DNA of 56,341 bases from Methylohalobius sp. (GTDB lineage Bacteria > Pseudomonadota > Gammaproteobacteria > Methylococcales > Methylothermaceae). The stretch's first letter is position 1, and each line of letters opens with the position of its first letter. The position numbers and the translations under genes were made by a program. The notes under the pieces were generated by a model, which made no database searches, was not told where the DNA came from, and was given only the letters and a program-made list of their open reading frames with translations. Below are positions 49,609 through 56,341 of this stretch, in pieces. The stretch is from NCBI GenBank assembly GCA_046295755.1, contig JBKBMR010000001.1, positions 1-56,341 on the forward strand, written 5' to 3'.

Positions 49609-49938
49609 CTACCACTCTTTCTTCAATAACTTCAGCTTACCCGGTTTGCCATTCCATTCGTCGGCGTCCGGAAGAGGATTTTTGACTTCGGTGATGACAG
49701 GCCATTTCTTGGCCAATTCGGCGTTGAGCTGGATAAACACCCGTTGGTCTTCGGGGACCTCGTCTTCGGAATAAATCGCGTTGACGGGGCACTCAGGCTC
49801 GCACAAAGTACAGTCGATGCATTCATCCGGATCGATCACGAGCATGTTAGGCCCTTCGCGGAAGCAATCGACCGGGCAAACGTCTACGCAGTCAGTGTAC
49901 TTACAATTGATGCAGTTTTCGGTAACGACGAAGGTCAT
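49609..49938 (-). CDS. fdxA: 7Fe ferredoxin (FdxA type)
   Basis: [26 protein letters not shown]...[12 protein letters not shown]. Confidence 0.94.
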   Translation of the reverse strand: MTFVVTENCINCKYTDCVDVCPVDCFREGPNMLVIDPDECIDCTLCEPECPVNAIYSEDEVPEDQRVFIQLNAELAKKWPVITEVKNPLPDADEWNGKPGKLKLLKKEW

Positions 49939-50067
49939 GGCAGGGTTCCGCAAGTTATCAGTGAGCTATTTTATTATACACTGCCCCCTAGGTCCCAAGC
50001 ACGGTCCAGTCGAACTTTATGGCGCTTGTTGAAAATCTTATAATTAAAAAGAATATTTATAGATTAA

Positions 50068-51760
<1,693 letters not shown>

Positions 51761-51764
<4 letters not shown>

Positions 51765-53353
51765 TTTTCATTCTGACAAGTTTGACTGAAATAGTTTTCG
51801 AGAAATTCATCAAAGCCGAGCTTGTCTTCGGCTTCGATGCGTTGTTGCTCCTGAATGGACTGGCGAGAAATTCGCTCAAACCAAGCCAAGCGCTCCCCTA
51901 GCAGCGGGCGGTGGCGAAAATAGTCTGCGTGCTCTAGCGATTTTTTCAAGGCAAAGCTAGCAAAAGATTCCCCGCTGGCACGCAGCTGCGCCAATATCCT
52001 AGCCGAAGGAGTCGAGTCGGGGTTCAGCACCCGTTCCCGATAAAACTCTAGGCTAGTTTGATAAGGTCTAGCCGGCAAGGAATCGTCCAACAGTTGGCAC
52101 AGCGGAGAAAGTGCGGCAAAGATTTCTGCGGCCCATTGGCGCAAAGGCACAGCGCAGCCCTGCCGGATTAGGGTCAGCTCAGGATCGCGCCCCCGCTGGG
52201 CAGTGGCGAGCAAGTTAGCCTGGATCGCCTGGCTTTCGGCCAGGGTTTGGGGCGGACTGTCTTGAAGCAAGCAATGCAAGAGAAAGGCTTCTAAGAAATA
52301 AACCTCATGGTGATCTATCCCCAAAGGTTCATAAGGGTTAAGATCCAATGCTCGCACCTCAATGTATCTTACCCCCCTTCGGCGCAGCGCCAACGTTGGC
52401 CGCTCGCCATACTCTGCCGGTTGCTTGGGGCGCACGATGCTGTAATATTCGTTTTCGATTTGCAGGAGGTTAGCGTTGAGCTGACGATAGTCGCCGTTGA
52501 CTTTAACCCCGATAGCTTGATACGGAGGATAAGGAGTTTCGATGGCGTGACACAACCCGGCGGCGTATTCTTCCAGGGTATTGCAGGAGATGTGCAGCTT
52601 GGCCTGGGTTGGGTTCTTGTAGCCTATATCGCTCATCCTGAGAGAAGTGGCGTAAGGCAGGCCATAGGTATCTGGCGCAAGCTGAATGAACCTTTCAGGG
52701 ATTCCCCCCCGGCACTCCAGAAAAACCCGGTTCACCACCGGCGAGGCACCGAACAGATAAAGCAAAAGCCAACCGTAGCGTTTGAGGTTGCGGATCAGGT
52801 CAAAATAGACGGCGGACTTAAATTCCTGCTGCGGACGGTCGTCCTTTAAGATTTCCCGCAATATCGGCCACAATCCCTCGGCGACGGAATAGTTGTAGTG
52901 GATACCAGCGATGGCCTGCATGGCGCGGCCATAACGATAGCTCAAGCCCACTCGATAGACATGTTTCATCCGCCCGATGTTGGACTCACCATAGCAGGCG
53001 ATGGGAATGTCCTCGTCGTGCGCAAAGCCTATAGGCATGCTGGTAGCTAAAAGAACCTCATGCGGATCCAGGTGCAGGTAGACAAACCGGTGGATCTCGT
53101 CCAAGAACGCTAAGGTTGCAAGGCCATCGGCATAAGGTGGAGTGATGAACTCCAACAGCGCTTCGGAATAATCGGTAGTGATGTGGGGATGGGTGAGGGT
53201 CGAACCTAAAGCCTGCGGATGGGGGGTCTTGGCGATCCAGCCAGCGGTGGTGACGCGCAGGCTTTCTTTTTCCAAGCCGATCAGTCCCTTAAGCGAAGCA
53301 CCCGGCAGCTTGGCAAGTCGTTCGAGACGTGAGAGAAACAGGCCGCTATTCAA
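51761..53353 (-). CDS. gshA: Glutamate--cysteine ligase
   Basis: [49 protein letters not shown]; TTG start with AAGGA SD. Confidence 0.95.
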
Positions 53354-53440
53354 AGAGACAATTCCTTAAATCGTCGTCCCTACCAACTTTAATTATAAAA
53401 AGCAAGCACTACAGCTTATAGCTTATTAGGTCACGGCAGT

Positions 53441-53464
53441 AAAAAACCCGGGCAAAGCCCGGGT
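53441..53464 (-). terminator. Rho-independent terminator after the small lipoprotein genes
   Basis: ACCCGGGC-TTT-GCCCGGGT stem followed by a U-run on the minus strand. Confidence 0.85.
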
Positions 53465-53523
53465 CACAAGACACATCGAAAAAACGGATTTTTATGTTTG
53501 GGCGTCTCAGCTCAGGTTTAACC

Positions 53524-53646
53524 CTAAACCTTAGGGGAAATAGTGGTGCTGGAAAGGCGCTGCTTGTCGCCATCGGGCGAGTTACCGCAGCCGACCAGGC
53601 TTATGGTTGCCAACACGATTGCCAGGATGCCGAGAGCTTTCTTCAT
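53524..53646 (-). CDS. Small lipoprotein, 40 aa (not in ORF track)
   Basis: MKKALGILAIVLATISLVG-CGNSPDGDKQRLSSTTISPKV*; lipobox LVGC; SD GAGGAGG 5 nt before ATG. Confidence 0.8.
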   Translation of the reverse strand: MKKALGILAIVLATISLVGCGNSPDGDKQRLSSTTISPKV

Positions 53647-53703
53647 GTTTTCCTCCTCGTCGTTATAGGTTTATTAAGGTCGTTGTGCTCGGTGCACGGC
53701 GTT

Positions 53704-53732
53704 TTTATATCTGAGTTAGATTGAAAATTCAA
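53704..53732 (-). promoter_or_regulatory. Putative sigma70 promoter of the 40-aa lipoprotein
   Basis: TTGAAT (53732-53727), 17-nt spacer, TATAAA (53709-53704). Confidence 0.5.
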
Positions 53733-53766
53733 CCCCCCTCTCCCGCTTGCGGGAAAGAGGAGGGTT
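53731..53766 (-). terminator. Long GC-rich hairpin (terminator or REP-like palindrome) between the two lipoprotein genes
   Basis: AACCCTCCTCTTTCCCG-CAAG-CGGGAGAGGGGGGTT, ~15-bp stem with a 2-nt bulge. Confidence 0.55.
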
Positions 53767-53784
53767 AAGTTTGAACGTTTCAGA

Positions 53785-53919
53785 TCAATGGTTGGGTATC
53801 TTGAAGAAGAGGGAGCTTCTCCAGCCTGGAGGTCTTTGGGTTTCTTTATCCGGATTTGGGCAGCCGGACAAGCTCAAAGCGATTCCTAAAAGCGCAAGGA
53901 TTTGGAAGGCTTTTTTCAT
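53785..53919 (-). CDS. Small lipoprotein, 44 aa (not in ORF track)
   Basis: MKKAFQILALLGIALSLSG-CPNPDKETQRPPGWRSSLFFKIPNH*; lipobox LSGC; SD AGGAGG 6 nt before ATG. Confidence 0.8.
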   Translation of the reverse strand: MKKAFQILALLGIALSLSGCPNPDKETQRPPGWRSSLFFKIPNH

Positions 53920-54117
53920 ACATTACCTCCTCTCGTGAGGTTTGGAGTTTTTTAGCTACCAAAAACCAGAAAAAAAGTCAAGATCGTGTATGAGTCCAAT
54001 ACCTTTGGCACTTAGGTTGATGCTTGAATAGGAATTGTAGAGGGAATTTAAGACCGACTCGCCGGATTTTCCATACCGATTACAAGCCACTTTCTCGAAA
54101 TCATAGCCAGCTTGGGT

Positions 54118-54143
54118 AAAGGCGGGTTCTCCCTAACCCACCT
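54118..54143 (-). terminator. Probable terminator hairpin after pntB
   Basis: AGGUGGGUU-AGGGAG-AACCCGCCU 9-bp stem with only a short U tail. Confidence 0.45.
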
Positions 54144-54155
54144 GAACCACAGCGC

Positions 54156-55547
54156 TTACTGCTTCAAATACGCTAGCACCTTTTCCAGGCTATCCTTGGC
54201 GTCCCCGAACAACATCCTGGTGTTATCGCGGAAAAACAACGGGTTATCCACTCCAGCATAGCCGGTGGCCATGCTGCGCTTTAGGACGATGCAGGTTTTG
54301 GCCTTCCACACTTCCAGCACCGGCATCCCAGCGATGGGGCTCGTTGGGTCTTCTTGCGCGGCCGGGTTGACGATGTCGTTGGCGCCGATCACCACTGCCA
54401 CATCGGTCTCGGGGAAATCCTCGTTGATCTCGTCCATCTCGAAGACGATGTCGTAAGGTACCTTGGCCTCGGCCAGAAGCACATTCATATGCCCAGGCAT
54501 GCGCCCGGCCACCGGATGGATGCCGAAGCGGACGTTGACACCCTTGGCCCTCAAGGTCTTGACGATCTCGGCCACTATGTACTGGGCCTGCGCCACTGCC
54601 ATCCCATAGCCGGGCACGATGATGACGTTCTTGGCGTCGGTCAAGAGGTTTGCGGCCTCTTCGGGGTCGATCGCCTGGACTTCTCCGCTCACCCCTACAG
54701 CCGGTGCCCCCCCTTCGGTGCCGAAACCACCGGCGATGACGCTTAAGAAATTGCGGTTCATCGCCCGACACATGATATAGCTCAGGATAGCGCCAGAAGA
54801 ACCTACCAGCGCACCGGTGACGATTAGAAGGTCGTTTTCGAGCATAAAACCGGTAGCCGAAGCCGCCCATCCCGAGTAGCTATTGAGCATCGATACCACC
54901 ACCGGCATGTCCGCCCCGCCGATAGCCATCACCATATGCACCCCAAAGGCAAAGGCGATCAAAGTCATAAGAGTTAAGGAGACAAGACCTAGCGCCAGGC
55001 TCCCGGTACCTAAGAACCACTTGCCGAGCAACACGGCTAAAATCAGCATTCCCAAGTTGAGCCAGTGGCGCGCGGGAAGGATGAGCGGCTTGCCAGAGAT
55101 TTTGCCGCACAGCTTGCCAAAGGCGACCACCGAACCGGTAAAGGTCACCGCTCCGATCAAAACCCCTAAGTAAATTTCCAACTCGTGGATGGTCTTAGCC
55201 GTTCCCGTAAAGCTTGCGGTAGGATCGATGTAGTTGGCAAACCCAATCAACACCGCCGCCAGCCCAACCAGGCTGTGCAGGATCGCCACCAGTTCCGGCA
55301 TTTGGGTCATCTGCACTCGGCGCGCCACGGTCACCCCTACCGCCCCGCCGATGGCCATAGCCGAGATCACCAGCCCATAGGTGGTCACGCGTTCCGACAA
55401 GACCGTAGCGAGAATCGCTAAGGCCATGCCGATGATGCCATACAGGTTACCGGGACGGGCGGTTTCCGGGTGGCTTAAGCCGCGCAAGGCCAAGATGAAC
55501 AAGATAGTCGCTGCAATGTAAGAAACGATAATAATACCTTCTGGCAT
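54156..55547 (-). CDS. pntB: NAD(P) transhydrogenase beta subunit
   Basis: [55 protein letters not shown]. Confidence 0.98.
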   Translation of the reverse strand: MPEGIIIVSYIAATILFILALRGLSHPETARPGNLYGIIGMALAILATVLSERVTTYGLVISAMAIGGAVGVTVARRVQMTQMPELVAILHSLVGLAAVLIGFANYIDPTASFTGTAKTIHELEIYLGVLIGAVTFTGSVVAFGKLCGKISGKPLILPARHWLNLGMLILAVLLGKWFLGTGSLALGLVSLTLMTLIAFAFGVHMVMAIGGADMPVVVSMLNSYSGWAASATGFMLENDLLIVTGALVGSSGAILSYIMCRAMNRNFLSVIAGGFGTEGGAPAVGVSGEVQAIDPEEAANLLTDAKNVIIVPGYGMAVAQAQYIVAEIVKTLRAKGVNVRFGIHPVAGRMPGHMNVLLAEAKVPYDIVFEMDEINEDFPETDVAVVIGANDIVNPAAQEDPTSPIAGMPVLEVWKAKTCIVLKRSMATGYAGVDNPLFFRDNTRMLFGDAKDSLEKVLAYLKQ

Positions 55548-55561
55548 GTCCTTTCCCCCCG

Positions 55562-56341
55562 TTACGATTGTTTGCGGAACATGCCGAGCATGCGTTGGGT
55601 CACCCAGAACCCGCCGAAGATGTTGACGCTGGCAATCAACACCGCCACCCAGGCCAAAAACTTAAGCACCACGCCGGGCGAAGAGATTTGGATCAAAGCC
55701 CCCAAGACGATGATCCCGGAAATGGCGTTGGTCACGCTCATCAGCGGCGTATGCAGGGCCGGGGTCACGTTCCAGATCACCATGTAACCGACGAAACACG
55801 CCAGCACGAACACGGTAAGATGAGTCAAAAACTCGGCCGGCGCCACCAGGCCTATGCCATACAGCCCCAATCCCCCAAGCGCCATCAGTATGGCGGTGAC
55901 CCAGGTAGCAGAGAGTTTCTTGGCCGGCTTTGCCTCAACCGGCGGGGCGGATACCGCGCCGGCTGGCTTTTCTTCCTTGGACACGGGGATAGGCGGAGGC
56001 GGCCAGGTGATCTGGCCTTCTTTCATCACCGTAGCGCTGCGGATGACCACATCGTCCATGTTGAGGTGGATGATGCCGTCCTTTTCTGGACATAGATCGG
56101 TCAAAAGATGGCGCAGGTTGGTGGCGTACAGCTGACTGGCGGTGGTCGGCATGCGGCTAGGAAGATCGGTGTAGCCGATGATGGTAGTGCCGTATCTTTT
56201 GACCACCTTACCCGGTTCGGTCAGCTCGCAGTTTCCTCCCTGCTCGGCTGCCAGGTCCACGATCACGCTGCCTTCCTTCATGGTTTCCACCATCGCTTTG
56301 GTGATCAGCTTGGGCGCAGGCTTTCCTGGGATCAGGGCAGT
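55562..56341 (-). CDS. pntA: NAD(P) transhydrogenase alpha subunit (5' part outside window)
   Basis: [47 protein letters not shown]. Confidence 0.96.
   Translation of the reverse strand, partial: TALIPGKPAPKLITKAMVETMKEGSVIVDLAAEQGGNCELTEPGKVVKRYGTTIIGYTDLPSRMPTTASQLYATNLRHLLTDLCPEKDGIIHLNMDDVVIRSATVMKEGQITWPPPPIPVSKEEKPAGAVSAPPVEAKPAKKLSATWVTAILMALGGLGLYGIGLVAPAEFLTHLTVFVLACFVGYMVIWNVTPALHTPLMSVTNAISGIIVLGALIQISSPGVVLKFLAWVAVLIASVNIFGGFWVTQRMLGMFRKQS

Noticed and set aside
53494-53938. Plus-strand ORFs 53494-53724 and 53747-53938, and an entericidin (ecnAB) label for the lipoproteins
   Set aside because: The plus ORFs are antisense shadows without an SD; the mature peptides lack the entericidin motif

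Overview
Mostly housekeeping chromosome from a gammaproteobacterium. The gene order polA-yihA-cyt c4-dsbA-EEP-GGDEF and alaS-lysC-csrA-tRNA-Ser is Pseudomonas-like. A serine-glyoxylate aminotransferase and a cyanobacterial-type glycogen synthase suggest a Methylococcales-like organism, but this is inference because no methane or methanol oxidation genes lie in the window. I annotate about 55 CDS and 3 tRNAs, and found no phage, IS, integrase or CRISPR. The most notable features are absent from the ORF track. (1) A ~125-nt minus-strand sRNA candidate downstream of polA has a sigmaE-type promoter, three hairpins with C-rich anti-Shine-Dalgarno loops and a U7 terminator; its first loop is perfectly complementary (12 nt) to the ribosome-binding site of mltD in this window. 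(2) Two tandem, related 40- and 44-aa lipoproteins sit between gshA and pntB, each with a strong RBS, a candidate promoter and a downstream hairpin. (3) A deletion scar after sga joins the start of a hydroxypyruvate/glyoxylate reductase to the end of a D-glycerate 3-kinase. All homology calls come from motif recognition, not database searches.
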